From positions 192,001 to 256,000 of the forward strand of contig OY771555.1 in assembly GCA_963674785.1 (NCBI GenBank): a stretch of DNA of 64,000 bases, read 5' to 3'. This document shows positions 1-10,128 of the stretch, piece after piece; within the stretch, counting starts at the first letter, position 1, and each line of letters begins with the position of its first letter. Source of the DNA: Caldisericia bacterium. Lineage in GTDB: Bacteria > Caldisericota > Caldisericia > JAAYUI01. Both the position numbers and the translations under genes were made by a program. The notes beneath the pieces were generated by a model, which saw only the letters and a program-made list of their open reading frames with translations, was not told the DNA's origin and ran no database searches.

Positions 1-1634
1 CAGAGCCAGACGATATTTCAAATAAAATGAATACGGCGTCTATTGCTGCTGTTGTTTCCTGGGAACCGCCAACTATCTTCGTATCCAAAAAAGATGGAGA
101 AGAGTACGTAACTCGAGCTGAAAAATGGGTTGAAAAAACTGGTGGAGAGGTTGTAATTGATGATTTTACAGAACTGCCTTTTAAAAAGCCTATTCTTCTC
201 GTCGGACCATCAGCAATTATCGAGTTTGCAGCCGAAGAGTACAAAAATCTCCGAATCAAAGACACAGAAGATGGATTAAATTGGCTTGGAAAAAAATTTG
301 AAGGCCGCTTTAGTACAATTGTTGTCACATATGACAAGGATGATATTGAGAGACCAATTATAATCGATACTGGTGTTGGAGAAATCCCAGAAAACCTTTC
401 ATATACAGGGTTATACACAACACAAGACAACCGAATAGTGATGGGATATAACTACCTGGATCCTGAAACGGAAGAAATCCCGGGGCCAGATGCACTTTGT
501 CAGCTTCCATGGGAAAAAATTGATTCACAGGTTGACAAATCAGCGTTCTACGTTTCTTTTACAAACCCGAGACCTTTTGAAATCTCCTACAATGGTTTCT
601 CATTCGAAGACTTTGAGTTTAAGGATATTGAACAGAAGTTTGAGCCAGAGACACTTTCCTCTGAGGTGCTGCTTGATCTCTCAGGCGGAAAAACTCAAAA
701 TGTCAAAATATCACACTCGGATAGATTTGTAACTGAGGAATGGGATTTCAATATCAGTCTTGATCCCAATATAGATGAGTTTAATGGACTAAAAAAGATA
801 ATTATTCCAGAAATAGTCAAAGGTGAATCCATTGAGATAAAATGGATTGAACAAATGGAGTACATATACGCTATTGACGATTTTAAAATGACTGACTGGA
901 AGATGGGCTCAAGATTAACGCTAACCGATCTAGCAAAGGGAAGACATACACTCAAAATGCTCTTCAACGATAACGGTTTACTTAGCCCTCTAATCGAAAA
1001 AGAATTTGTGTCAGGTGTGAGTGAACCAGAGCTTCAACTGGACAAAACATTCGCCCTGTGGAAAAATGGAGAAATCAGAATTACAGGCAAGGCAACCCCT
1101 GGGGTTGAATTGATTCCACCAGGTGAAATCGATGAGGAAGGGAACTTTGAAATAATTGTTTCTACCAATGAAATCCCTCAAATCATATCCATTACTGCAA
1201 AAAACGAATATGGTCTGGAGACATCAAAAAGCATAAGCATCATCAAGTTCATCAAACTTGACATGTTCCTGGGAAAGGAAAATGTAACATCTGATATTGG
1301 AGAGACCTGGACTCTTGATGTTCCACCCCAGCTTGTAAATGGGTCAACATATGTTCCGATGAGATTCATTGGTGAAAGACTGGGTGCTGATGTCTCCTGG
1401 GTTGCTGATGAAAAGAAAGTTATCTACAGCCTTAGGAACACCCAAATCGAGATATGGATCGGTAATGACATCTCAAAAGTCAACGGTATCGAAACAAAGA
1501 TGCCCGGAGAGCCAGTGATCATATCCGGAAGAACGCTTGTACCGGTAAGATTTGTATCTGAAGCGTTGGGTGCAAAAGTCACCTGGTGTGGTGAAGAGAA
1601 GAAGATAACTATAGAGTATCCGAATTTGGAGTAG
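1..1634 (+). CDS. Stalk-domain (copper amine oxidase N-terminal-like) surface protein, probably 5'-partial
   Basis: Frame is open from the window edge (EPDDISNKM...). The C-terminus has two stalk repeats (PPQLVNGSTYVPMRFIGERLGADVSW; PVIISGRTLVPVRFVSEALGAKVTW) preceded by Ig-like segments. Confidence 0.8.
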   Translation, partial: EPDDISNKMNTASIAAVVSWEPPTIFVSKKDGEEYVTRAEKWVEKTGGEVVIDDFTELPFKKPILLVGPSAIIEFAAEEYKNLRIKDTEDGLNWLGKKFEGRFSTIVVTYDKDDIERPIIIDTGVGEIPENLSYTGLYTTQDNRIVMGYNYLDPETEEIPGPDALCQLPWEKIDSQVDKSAFYVSFTNPRPFEISYNGFSFEDFEFKDIEQKFEPETLSSEVLLDLSGGKTQNVKISHSDRFVTEEWDFNISLDPNIDEFNGLKKIIIPEIVKGESIEIKWIEQMEYIYAIDDFKMTDWKMGSRLTLTDLAKGRHTLKMLFNDNGLLSPLIEKEFVSGVSEPELQLDKTFALWKNGEIRITGKATPGVELIPPGEIDEEGNFEIIVSTNEIPQIISITAKNEYGLETSKSISIIKFIKLDMFLGKENVTSDIGETWTLDVPPQLVNGSTYVPMRFIGERLGADVSWVADEKKVIYSLRNTQIEIWIGNDISKVNGIETKMPGEPVIISGRTLVPVRFVSEALGAKVTWCGEEKKITIEYPNLE

Positions 1635-1638
1635 GATA

Positions 1639-3186
1639 CTACTTTTTATAGGTAAGGCGGATCTCTTTGGTTTCTGCAATCCAATCAACATTGCAGCCAT
1701 GAGATTCGCCGAGAAATCTGAATGGAACCATTGTTCTACCATTGATGATGCTCGGAACAACTCCCGGGTTTGGGTCAATCTCTACAATCTTTCCATCAAC
1801 TCTCGCCTGGTTTTTCCCAATCCAAAACTCAACAATTTCGCCTGCAAAATAGCTTGTAACTTTTCGTTCAGCAGCATCCCATCTGACCCATCCACCAAGG
1901 GGCTCAATTACGTATCTTGCGGGGATGAGTGTCCTGTCGTGAGCAATAACAGGTTCAGAGTCTATTGAGATATTCGTACTGTCAATCGTTAGCGATGATT
2001 GACCAAGCTGGAAACCAAGATATTTGGCACCAGCACCAAAGGAACAGATTTTACCCAACTCATCACCAATAAATATTGAACCATCTGAAATGGCTGGAGC
2101 TGATGTAAACCCTCTAGTATGCTCTATCTGCCAAAGAGTCTTCCCACTCTTTGAGTCAATACAGTAGATGACCCCCTGAGTATCAGAAGAGCCGCTTACC
2201 TTAGTCGCAAAGTATGTTTTGCTTGATGAGATCGGTGCTGAGACAATCTCCTCGCCAACCTTCAAACTCTTAATCCATTTCGATGAACCATCAGAAGTCT
2301 TGATGGCCTTCAGGAAGTTTTTCGAACCTATCTTTACACCAACTATAAGTGAATCATCATATATTGAAGGAAGAGTTTCGATTGAATCACCCACATCAAT
2401 GTTCCATTTTTCTGAACCATTTGAGGAGCTTAAACAAAACATCTCACCACTTTCAAAAGACACAAAACAATTGTCTCCTGAGACCGTAACACTCTGCTCA
2501 AAAAGCCCTTTACTGAGAGTTTTTTTCCATATCTTTGAACCTGTTCTATAATTAAAACAATGAACACTTTTTTCTGAAGCTACATAAACTCTACCGGCAG
2601 AGTATGAAGGTATCCCAGCAGTTTCTCCAGAAAGCTGTTCTGTCCAGTCCTTCTTTTGTTGAAGAGGGTTTTTTAGATAGGTTATATTAGTAATTCCATT
2701 TTGGGTACTCGTATAGAAAAGACCCCTTTCAGGTACAACAAGCACAGAATCAACTTTTGTATTTGTTTCAATAGAAAATCGTTCTCGACCATTTTTAAGA
2801 TAAAAAACATCAATCGATCTCCACCCAGGAACAAAAATCAAGTCGTTCCATATGGCCGGGATTGTATCAGAGTCAACCGAACCGAGAGTCTTTGACCATT
2901 CTTTTCGGCCGTTGCTGCTTATACAATTCAACCTGCCACCATCTGAAATATATACAATTTTATCACCATAAACGATAGGCGGAGAAAGGGTTGCAGCATT
3001 TGTGTCATACTCCCAATATTTTGCGAATCGATTCAATGACAGCCCACAGGAGTCATCAAATGCACCTGTCCTTGCAGGGTTGCCTCGGTGCATCTCCCAA
3101 TTGCAGCCGATAGCAAAAGTACAGACAGGATTGATTGTCAATACTGCCAGCAAAAATAGTATTATCGCGACTCTTTGAACGTTCAT
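1639..3186 (-). CDS. Secreted PQQ-like beta-propeller protein with C-terminal stalk domain
   Basis: Signal peptide; WEMHRGNPARTG motif; repeated C/A-x(4)-G-x(3)-W blades; C-terminal GRTMVPFRFLGESHGCNVDW. Confidence 0.85.
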   Translation of the reverse strand: MNVQRVAIILFLLAVLTINPVCTFAIGCNWEMHRGNPARTGAFDDSCGLSLNRFAKYWEYDTNAATLSPPIVYGDKIVYISDGGRLNCISSNGRKEWSKTLGSVDSDTIPAIWNDLIFVPGWRSIDVFYLKNGRERFSIETNTKVDSVLVVPERGLFYTSTQNGITNITYLKNPLQQKKDWTEQLSGETAGIPSYSAGRVYVASEKSVHCFNYRTGSKIWKKTLSKGLFEQSVTVSGDNCFVSFESGEMFCLSSSNGSEKWNIDVGDSIETLPSIYDDSLIVGVKIGSKNFLKAIKTSDGSSKWIKSLKVGEEIVSAPISSSKTYFATKVSGSSDTQGVIYCIDSKSGKTLWQIEHTRGFTSAPAISDGSIFIGDELGKICSFGAGAKYLGFQLGQSSLTIDSTNISIDSEPVIAHDRTLIPARYVIEPLGGWVRWDAAERKVTSYFAGEIVEFWIGKNQARVDGKIVEIDPNPGVVPSIINGRTMVPFRFLGESHGCNVDWIAETKEIRLTYKK

Positions 3187-3256
3187 TTTCCTTTAGTGTT
3201 TATCTTAGCAACGATTCACTCAGTTTCAATACAAAATTTCAAACTGATGGTTCAAA

Positions 3257-3859
3257 TTAAGCAATTTCTTCAAATCCAAGCTCAGTTAAAGCAATCCTTT
3301 TCATAAACGGGTACGCAAATATCTCCCCTGTTTGTTCGACCTTTAAAAGACCTTCGGTTTTGAGTTTTTTTGCCATTTTTGCAATCTCATCAACACCTGC
3401 AGAGCTAAAGATTTTTAGATATTCCTCTGGCACAACATATTTATCATCAAAAAATCCATACTCCATAAAAACATCAACTTCTGAAAGTTTTACAATAGTT
3501 CGAAGCAAATTTTTTACACTTAGTGTTAACTCATCAAGCTGTATTTTGGGCTTTTCCTGGGGAGGAGGTTCTGGTAGCTCAGATATTTCTTGAGCATCCA
3601 CTTCATCCACAACTTCAGGTATAATTAGGTTTTCAGTTTCTTTGTCATCTATCCAATCTGGTAAAACATCAGCTTCAAGAACTTCTTTTTCTGCCGAGAC
3701 CGGTGGAAAAACTTCGTCTTTTGCAAACTCATTAATGATTTCATCAAGAGCATCAACAGTAGACTCCCCAGAAAACTCAGCTCTAACATCTGATTTTAAA
3801 TCATCCTCATCAACCTTCAATCTATAGCTTCTTTTGGTAATCCTTGGTTTATCAGCCAT
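3257..3859 (-). CDS. Acidic hypothetical protein, possible C-terminal winged helix
   Basis: ATG at 3859 preceded by SD GGAGGGGTGA; long open frame with no recognised family motif. Confidence 0.65.
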   Translation of the reverse strand: MADKPRITKRSYRLKVDEDDLKSDVRAEFSGESTVDALDEIINEFAKDEVFPPVSAEKEVLEADVLPDWIDDKETENLIIPEVVDEVDAQEISELPEPPPQEKPKIQLDELTLSVKNLLRTIVKLSEVDVFMEYGFFDDKYVVPEEYLKIFSSAGVDEIAKMAKKLKTEGLLKVEQTGEIFAYPFMKRIALTELGFEEIA

Positions 3860-4072
3860 CTCACCCCTCCAAATCACTTTTGATACAAACTTATTGTACA
3901 GCATATTGAATAATTTTTCATCTAATCCTTTTGACACCCAAAAATCGATTAAGATTATTCAGAAACAAAAAATATAAAACACATAAGAAAGTCTTTTGTG
4001 AAGCGAGTTTGATTAACAATTAGTTTACATTTCGCCCTTGTATTGGAATTCCAATTCCTTACTATTCCCTTC

Positions 4073-4762
4073 ATGAGTTCGGGGAAATTAGCAATTGTCG
4101 ATTTTGGTACAAGGCATATCAATTCGTTGATATCGCTTGTTCATCAATATCTCTCTGATGATGAGATAAGGCTTATAAGGGTTACATGGCCTGGAGCAGA
4201 AATCAGGACTTTGAAGTTTGATATCCCTGATGTTGATTATGTAAGAAATACATTTGAGCTTTCTCATTTAAGAGATTCGGATGTTGGCTTGGTACTAACT
4301 GGAAGCCCGGACACAGTAGGTTCTAATAAGGGATTTCGATCAATGTCTGATGATATTTATTATGAATTTGAAAAACCAATGCTCTGTATCTCATACGCTC
4401 ACCACCTGATCAGCACACTTGTAGATCCAAACTGCCACATGATCCCCAGAGGTGAGAGAGGAAGAACAATGCTCCTACCGCATCCAGATGCCATGAAGGA
4501 TGATATCTTCAAAAACCTTCCACCTGGATTCCTCGTTTCAAATTACCACGATTGGGCAATTTCAAAGATACCAAGAGGATTTCATCTTCTCGGTGAGACT
4601 CGTGGTGCCCAGAGTGTCATATCAGCGATAAAACATGATTTCAAACCAATATACTCCTTCCAGTTCCATCCAGAGATTCCTGTCTCAGGGTATTGGTCTG
4701 GTCCAGATATTGTGAAGCATTTTGTAGAGCAAGCCATTCCTCAAAGAGTAACAGTCCAGTAG
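4073..4762 (+). CDS. Class I glutamine amidotransferase-like protein (GMP synthase GATase-like) with atypical nucleophile
   Basis: IVDFG, LVLTGSP and SFQFHPE motifs. The nucleophile elbow reads KPMLCISYAHH versus KPVLGLCYGMQ in GuaA. Confidence 0.8.
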   Translation: MSSGKLAIVDFGTRHINSLISLVHQYLSDDEIRLIRVTWPGAEIRTLKFDIPDVDYVRNTFELSHLRDSDVGLVLTGSPDTVGSNKGFRSMSDDIYYEFEKPMLCISYAHHLISTLVDPNCHMIPRGERGRTMLLPHPDAMKDDIFKNLPPGFLVSNYHDWAISKIPRGFHLLGETRGAQSVISAIKHDFKPIYSFQFHPEIPVSGYWSGPDIVKHFVEQAIPQRVTVQ

Positions 4763-4840
4763 ATTAAAGCTCACTCATACTCTGCTGCATATCAGCTAAA
4801 ATTTTGACTGTTTCTCTAAGTCTGCTATCATTCTAGGTGG

Positions 4841-6283
4841 ATGATGAAAATGAAAGAGACAATCAATTCAGTTGAAGAGTATCTTGGAACAATAAGAACT
4901 CTTACAAAAAATGTTGGGGATTTTATTTTTAGAGGTCAAGAGGATGCTGGTTGGCCAGTTGAATGCAGTGCCTCAAGACGGCTTCGTGTCTTTTTAAAAG
5001 ACGACTTAGTCCCAGAGTTTCTAATCCACTACCATTCAGCTATTCTGACAAATATTAAAACAAAACGTTTTCCCGAATATCAAAAACAGGACATACACGA
5101 AATAGATATAATCGCAGACCAACAACATATGGGAGCAGCCACAATGCTAATCGATTTTACAAGAAACTCCCTTGTTGCACTCTATTTTGCATGCCTCTCA
5201 TCACAAATCAAACCAATCAGGGGTGCGGTTTTTGTCGTAAACTGTAATGATTTAAAGCGATTCAATTACGATGAGAACAGGAATTATTTTGACCCAGATA
5301 CTCACCAAATAACTGGAGATCTTATAAAAAAGGATATTTTTTTCTGGGAGCCCAGTTTTATAAACCAAAGAATACAAGCTCAGGATTCTGTTTTTGTGTT
5401 TGGTATACCAATCCTTAATATTTCTGATGAAAATGTCATTCTGATTGACGAGAATGCAAAAGAAACAATCCTGAAAGAGTTGGATGACTTCTTTAACATA
5501 AATAGTTCAACCCTTTTCAATGATTCCTTCGGATTCGCAAAAGCCAACAGCGTCGAATCTCCAATGAGTTACAGAGATCAATACAGCGAGCGAGCCATAA
5601 TTCTGTCTTTCATAAAGAATAAAGAATTCGAAAAAGCAGCAACTAAACTCGATATATACATAGAAAAATATCCGAATGATGATTTCGGATATTACCAAAG
5701 GGGCTTATCTAGATTTCGACTCGGGAAAATAAGAGAATCGATAGTGGATTTTAGCGATGCCTTAAAGATAAAACCCAATGATTATAAGATTCATAATGCT
5801 AGTGGGATTGGAAAGTCTAAAATTGGAGATCTAGATTCTGCCATAATGGACTTTGATAGAGCAATTCAACTTCATCATGATTCAGCGGAAGTTTTTTACA
5901 ACCGTGGAAATGCCAAAAGGAAAAAGGGTGATTTTGAAGGGGCGCTTGCTGACTACAACAATGCGATTCTTTTGAAACCAACCATCGCTGGCTTCTATGT
6001 AAACAGAAGCATCATAAAATCAAATCTCAACGATGTCAGAGGAGCGATTTCTGACCTCGACGAAGCCATCAGACTCAACCCCAATGTTCCTGAAGCGTTC
6101 TATAACCGTGGCTGTGAATATGAAACCCTCAGCAAACAAGAGAATGAAGAGGAAAACACCAGAAAGAAGCTTGAGAATTTCAGAAAAGCACGAGAGATTG
6201 CAGAAGAACAAGGCAATGAGCTTATTATAAAAAAGATTCAGGAATCTCAGAATCAGAACTGTTCAAAGATTACAGATCAGTAA
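4841..6283 (+). CDS. FRG domain protein with C-terminal TPR repeats
   Basis: FIFRGQ, QHMGAATMLIDFTRNSLVALYFAC and NQRIQAQDSVF FRG motifs, followed by about 5-6 TPRs (YYQRG, FYNRGNAK, FYNRG). Confidence 0.9.
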   Translation: MMKMKETINSVEEYLGTIRTLTKNVGDFIFRGQEDAGWPVECSASRRLRVFLKDDLVPEFLIHYHSAILTNIKTKRFPEYQKQDIHEIDIIADQQHMGAATMLIDFTRNSLVALYFACLSSQIKPIRGAVFVVNCNDLKRFNYDENRNYFDPDTHQITGDLIKKDIFFWEPSFINQRIQAQDSVFVFGIPILNISDENVILIDENAKETILKELDDFFNINSSTLFNDSFGFAKANSVESPMSYRDQYSERAIILSFIKNKEFEKAATKLDIYIEKYPNDDFGYYQRGLSRFRLGKIRESIVDFSDALKIKPNDYKIHNASGIGKSKIGDLDSAIMDFDRAIQLHHDSAEVFYNRGNAKRKKGDFEGALADYNNAILLKPTIAGFYVNRSIIKSNLNDVRGAISDLDEAIRLNPNVPEAFYNRGCEYETLSKQENEEENTRKKLENFRKAREIAEEQGNELIIKKIQESQNQNCSKITDQ

Positions 6284-7527
6284 ACCCCTTCGGGCAGATT
6301 CTCGGCTCTTGAAAGCAGGAACTGGAATGAGAGAAGATTAAAATCTGGGTCTCTTTCATCTACCAAGATGCTGACTGCTCCATCGGTTGGAAGATTAACA
6401 TCTCTTCTTACTTTCAAGATCACGTATGAGTTCGGATCTTTATCGTAGAGCTTTCTTTCAAGCATCCATCTTTGATTAATATCCTCGGTGTCAAGTCTCA
6501 CAATCTGGTCGCCAACCATAAGCCCCGAGATTTCAGCAGGAGTCTCTTTTACAAAGCCAGAGATTATAAGATTTTCGCTCTCATCATCAATTACAATTCC
6601 TATTCTTGCAGGATCAACCAATCTCACAAGCAATCTCTCATATATTGGATTTGAAGCATCTTCAATTCCATATGGCACAAGTTCTTTTAGGGACATATCC
6701 TTAAACTGCATGAAGTTACCAGCCCAATGCGAAAGCTGTGCTGAAAAGATGTGATTAAACTTAACCGAGGAATAGACTAGATAGGTCATCATATCAGGAT
6801 CAAGTTCAGCACCACACCAAAGCTGCAATGCATAAGCAAAATCAGAAAGGAATTGTTCCCAACCACTTAATGCAGTTCCATATTGTTTGGTCAATTTCTC
6901 AATCTGTGTGAGATCAAAATCCTCTTTTTTCGATTCACGCATAAGCAAAGCTGCAATATACCCTTGCTCAACATACTCATATGTAACCTCTGTATGGATA
7001 AAAATTTCGGCTGAATTCCCATCAACTGAAACTCTTGTTAATCCAGGTGCAAGCGATGGATCAATTTGGATATTGATTCTCTCAAAGTTATTCTTTACAC
7101 GGAGTTTATCGTTCAACTTTGTAATTCTTGTTTTGATATTATCTGCATCCAAAAGCTCCAAAGAATGTTGTGAAGTTGCAATCGCCTTATCTCTAAACAT
7201 ATCCAGAGTCTCATCTGTGAGATTCAAAAGACTTTCAAATCTACTATCTGGAACCGGATTTCCAACAATATCAATTGAATTGGTAAGATCAGATCTGTCA
7301 GTTGAATAAAGAACCTGATTCGTGATAACCCCAAGATTCCTCACATAGTACTCAAAGCTTTCAAGTCTACCTGTATCCCACCCGCCATATGAGGCAAGCA
7401 ACAACCCAACCTTTAAATCGTTCCAATCGGGATCCAACGTAACCTCAGTATCTATGGGTCTAGTAGCCCCGCTACAACCAGCAAATAAAAAAACCATAAT
7501 CAAAAATGAAGCTAGTAAGTTCCTCAT
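6277..7527 (-). CDS. Lipoprotein with C-terminal PDZ domain
   Basis: Lipobox FAGC; RIGIVI...TPAEISGLMVGDQIVRLD PDZ pattern. Confidence 0.75.
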   Translation of the reverse strand: MRNLLASFLIMVFLFAGCSGATRPIDTEVTLDPDWNDLKVGLLLASYGGWDTGRLESFEYYVRNLGVITNQVLYSTDRSDLTNSIDIVGNPVPDSRFESLLNLTDETLDMFRDKAIATSQHSLELLDADNIKTRITKLNDKLRVKNNFERINIQIDPSLAPGLTRVSVDGNSAEIFIHTEVTYEYVEQGYIAALLMRESKKEDFDLTQIEKLTKQYGTALSGWEQFLSDFAYALQLWCGAELDPDMMTYLVYSSVKFNHIFSAQLSHWAGNFMQFKDMSLKELVPYGIEDASNPIYERLLVRLVDPARIGIVIDDESENLIISGFVKETPAEISGLMVGDQIVRLDTEDINQRWMLERKLYDKDPNSYVILKVRRDVNLPTDGAVSILVDERDPDFNLLSFQFLLSRAENLPEGVY

Positions 7528-8417
7528 TTTATCTCCTTGAGTACTTCTTCTATATTGGGTGGGTTAGGAAAGTTATAGATCACACCACCCGGTTTCTCAT
7601 TATAATACGGTCTATTGCAACCAGGACAACCAGGAGTTTGAAAGTCAGCGGCAACTGTATCGGATGCAAAAGCTTCCACACTTATAAGCATATCATTCTC
7701 ATCAAACTCAAATCTACTTTTCGGATTCTTCCTCAAGGTTGCAACTGCAACCTGAATTTTTCTATATCTTTCGACTGATGGCTGGGATTCATTTTTAAGT
7801 CTTGTTCCCGGAATAGGAGTAAATGCAAAAAGCGAAACATTCACATTTCCAACAATCAGTTCTCTTGATAGCTCAACAAGTTCTCTATCAGTTTCTCCGA
7901 GCCCAGCAATAAGATGGGTTGTTATTTTCCTTGGGTATTTTGCAGCTAGTTTCAAAATCAAATCTTTTGTTTTTGGAAATGAAATCGACTTAATACTACT
8001 AGAAAGTTTTTCTGAAGCACAATCTAGAGCAATCGAAACGATATCCGCACCGGCATCAAATAGTTTTTTTACATCATCCTCTGATTCTATACTCATTGAG
8101 ATTGAAATCGGAATATCAGTAACACTCTTAATTCGATTCAGAACATCAAAAACCTCAGCTGAGGCTTGTTTGTTTTTGACTGCCTGAAGACAGATTCTAT
8201 CGGCTTTTGATTCAGGAATCTTTTTCAAAATCTCTGAAAGTTGAACTTCAGGCCATGTGACCCTGGAAAGCAAGGCATTATTCCCCGACGACTGTGGACA
8301 GAATGCACATCCACCAAGGCAGTTTTCCCCAATCAACAAAAAGATAGTCTTTGGTGAAAAAGGGAATCCTCCTGGCTTTAAGCCAAGTAATTGTAACGTT
8401 CCATATGACGCTCTCAT
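7524..8417 (-). CDS. lipS2: Radical SAM protein, LipS2-type lipoyl synthase component (biotin synthase-related)
   Basis: CLGGCAFC (CxxxCxxC) plus C-terminal TPGCPGCNRP, matching the TxGCPxC(N/D)RP motif of LipS2. Confidence 0.7.
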   Translation of the reverse strand: MRASYGTLQLLGLKPGGFPFSPKTIFLLIGENCLGGCAFCPQSSGNNALLSRVTWPEVQLSEILKKIPESKADRICLQAVKNKQASAEVFDVLNRIKSVTDIPISISMSIESEDDVKKLFDAGADIVSIALDCASEKLSSSIKSISFPKTKDLILKLAAKYPRKITTHLIAGLGETDRELVELSRELIVGNVNVSLFAFTPIPGTRLKNESQPSVERYRKIQVAVATLRKNPKSRFEFDENDMLISVEAFASDTVAADFQTPGCPGCNRPYYNEKPGGVIYNFPNPPNIEEVLKEIK

Positions 8418-8421
8418 TGAG

Positions 8422-10128
8422 TTAATTTATATCATATGTGACTGTAATATCAATTCTTTTTTCGTCACCATCCCACCCAATTTCACCATTTAAGGTGTCC
8501 TGGGCAATAAATCTGAGTGGAACAAGTGTCGTACTATTTTGAATAAATGGTGCTGCATCAAGTTTTAGAAGCTGCCCATCAAGAAATGCTGTTGTTGAAT
8601 CAATCATAACAATACAAGTATGCTCTGGACCGACTACCGTTACTGATCTTGTATCACCGTCCCATTTTACCTCAGACCTCAATGACTCCGAGACAAACCT
8701 GACGGGAAGAAATGTTCTTCCATTTTTAATGGTTGGTGGAACCTGAAGATAAACCCTTACTCCATCAACATAGGCTTCAGGTTGACCAATCCACATAGAG
8801 ACTTTAATCGTTTCCTGAAGAACAAGTTCAACTTCTTTAGTCCAGGTGGTTTCATTCCCTGCAGTATCAACTGCAACCAAAGAAAGTGTGTTTGTCCCAG
8901 ATTTTAAAGGAAAACTCACTGAGAACTTTCCATCATCCACAGCCTTAACGGGTTTTGAACCATATTTAATTGTTGCACCAGGCTCAGTAATTCCATTTAC
9001 TACAAGTGGATTTTTGTGAACAACGTCACCGGGATCTGTTACAGAAAGAACCGGTTTTACAGTGTCTAATGTGACTTGAACAGTTTTTTCTGTCACTCCA
9101 CCCTTATCATTTTTTGCATAAAACTCAATCTTATTGAGTCCTTCATTGAGCATCAATTCATGCTCGAACGAACCATCAACGGCGATCTCTCTTGGCATCC
9201 TGTTGATTTTTAAGCTTACACCAGGGTTTGTTCTACCCTTAATAGTAATGGTACTCTGGTTGGTAATCATGCCTTCTTTTGGTTCATCAATTGTTATATC
9301 AGGTGGAATTACCTCTTCTACAGCTTTTTCCATAAGGTAGAAAGTACACAAAACTTCAGCAGTACCACCATTTGAATATATTTCACATCTGCTTTTATAA
9401 TTCTTATTCACCCTCAATCCTTCAGTTGGTGGATTAACAGTCAGTGAAATCTCTTTCTCATCTGCTGTAAAATTCACAGGATCAACTGAAAGCCAAGAGC
9501 TATTGCATTCGGCAGTCGCCTTCAGACCTTCTTTGCCAATGTTTTTTACCTTCGCTGTAAGAGTCTTTGAATCTCCAGGATACATCGAACCAAAATCAAG
9601 TGTTTCTGGGCTTACTGTTATTTTTGGTTTTGTTGGAGAAGAGACAACTTCAACATAAGAATCTTTTGTTGTAAGTTCGACACTTTCAAACCCTTTTGTT
9701 TTAGCGATAACCTTTTCTATCTTAATATCTGATTTTTCAGATGGTGTGAGTCCAACAAAATTAAGCATACAAATAGTTTTCAATTCAGATGGAAGGGTTG
9801 TTTTTTTATCGATATGAGAAACTGTCACCGTAACTGTACCAGATTTTGCATTATTAATCTCAGCAACAGGTTCCACTTCACCCTCGATAAAGCTTCCCCA
9901 CTCATAATCGTTGAACTTTAAAACTTTTGCCTCATAAACAATTTCAAAAGATAAGGCATAAACATCCTTGAGGTCTCTTGATCTGATGTCAACACGAAGT
10001 GTGTCATTCTTCATGATTTTCTTTAAAACTGGTTCAACCGTAAGCTCACCCTCAGATGAACTCACATATCCAGCAGAAATTATCATCATCGAACAGACAA
10101 TCACTGATAAAATTTTATTTCTCATCAT
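8422..10128 (-). CDS. Secreted cohesin-like + BACON/Ig-like + stalk domain protein
   Basis: Signal peptide; cohesin-like VYALSFEIVYEAKVLKF; ETLDFG...SWLSVDP; Ig repeats; GRTFLPVRFVSE stalk. Confidence 0.8.
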   Translation of the reverse strand: MMRNKILSVIVCSMMIISAGYVSSSEGELTVEPVLKKIMKNDTLRVDIRSRDLKDVYALSFEIVYEAKVLKFNDYEWGSFIEGEVEPVAEINNAKSGTVTVTVSHIDKKTTLPSELKTICMLNFVGLTPSEKSDIKIEKVIAKTKGFESVELTTKDSYVEVVSSPTKPKITVSPETLDFGSMYPGDSKTLTAKVKNIGKEGLKATAECNSSWLSVDPVNFTADEKEISLTVNPPTEGLRVNKNYKSRCEIYSNGGTAEVLCTFYLMEKAVEEVIPPDITIDEPKEGMITNQSTITIKGRTNPGVSLKINRMPREIAVDGSFEHELMLNEGLNKIEFYAKNDKGGVTEKTVQVTLDTVKPVLSVTDPGDVVHKNPLVVNGITEPGATIKYGSKPVKAVDDGKFSVSFPLKSGTNTLSLVAVDTAGNETTWTKEVELVLQETIKVSMWIGQPEAYVDGVRVYLQVPPTIKNGRTFLPVRFVSESLRSEVKWDGDTRSVTVVGPEHTCIVMIDSTTAFLDGQLLKLDAAPFIQNSTTLVPLRFIAQDTLNGEIGWDGDEKRIDITVTYDIN

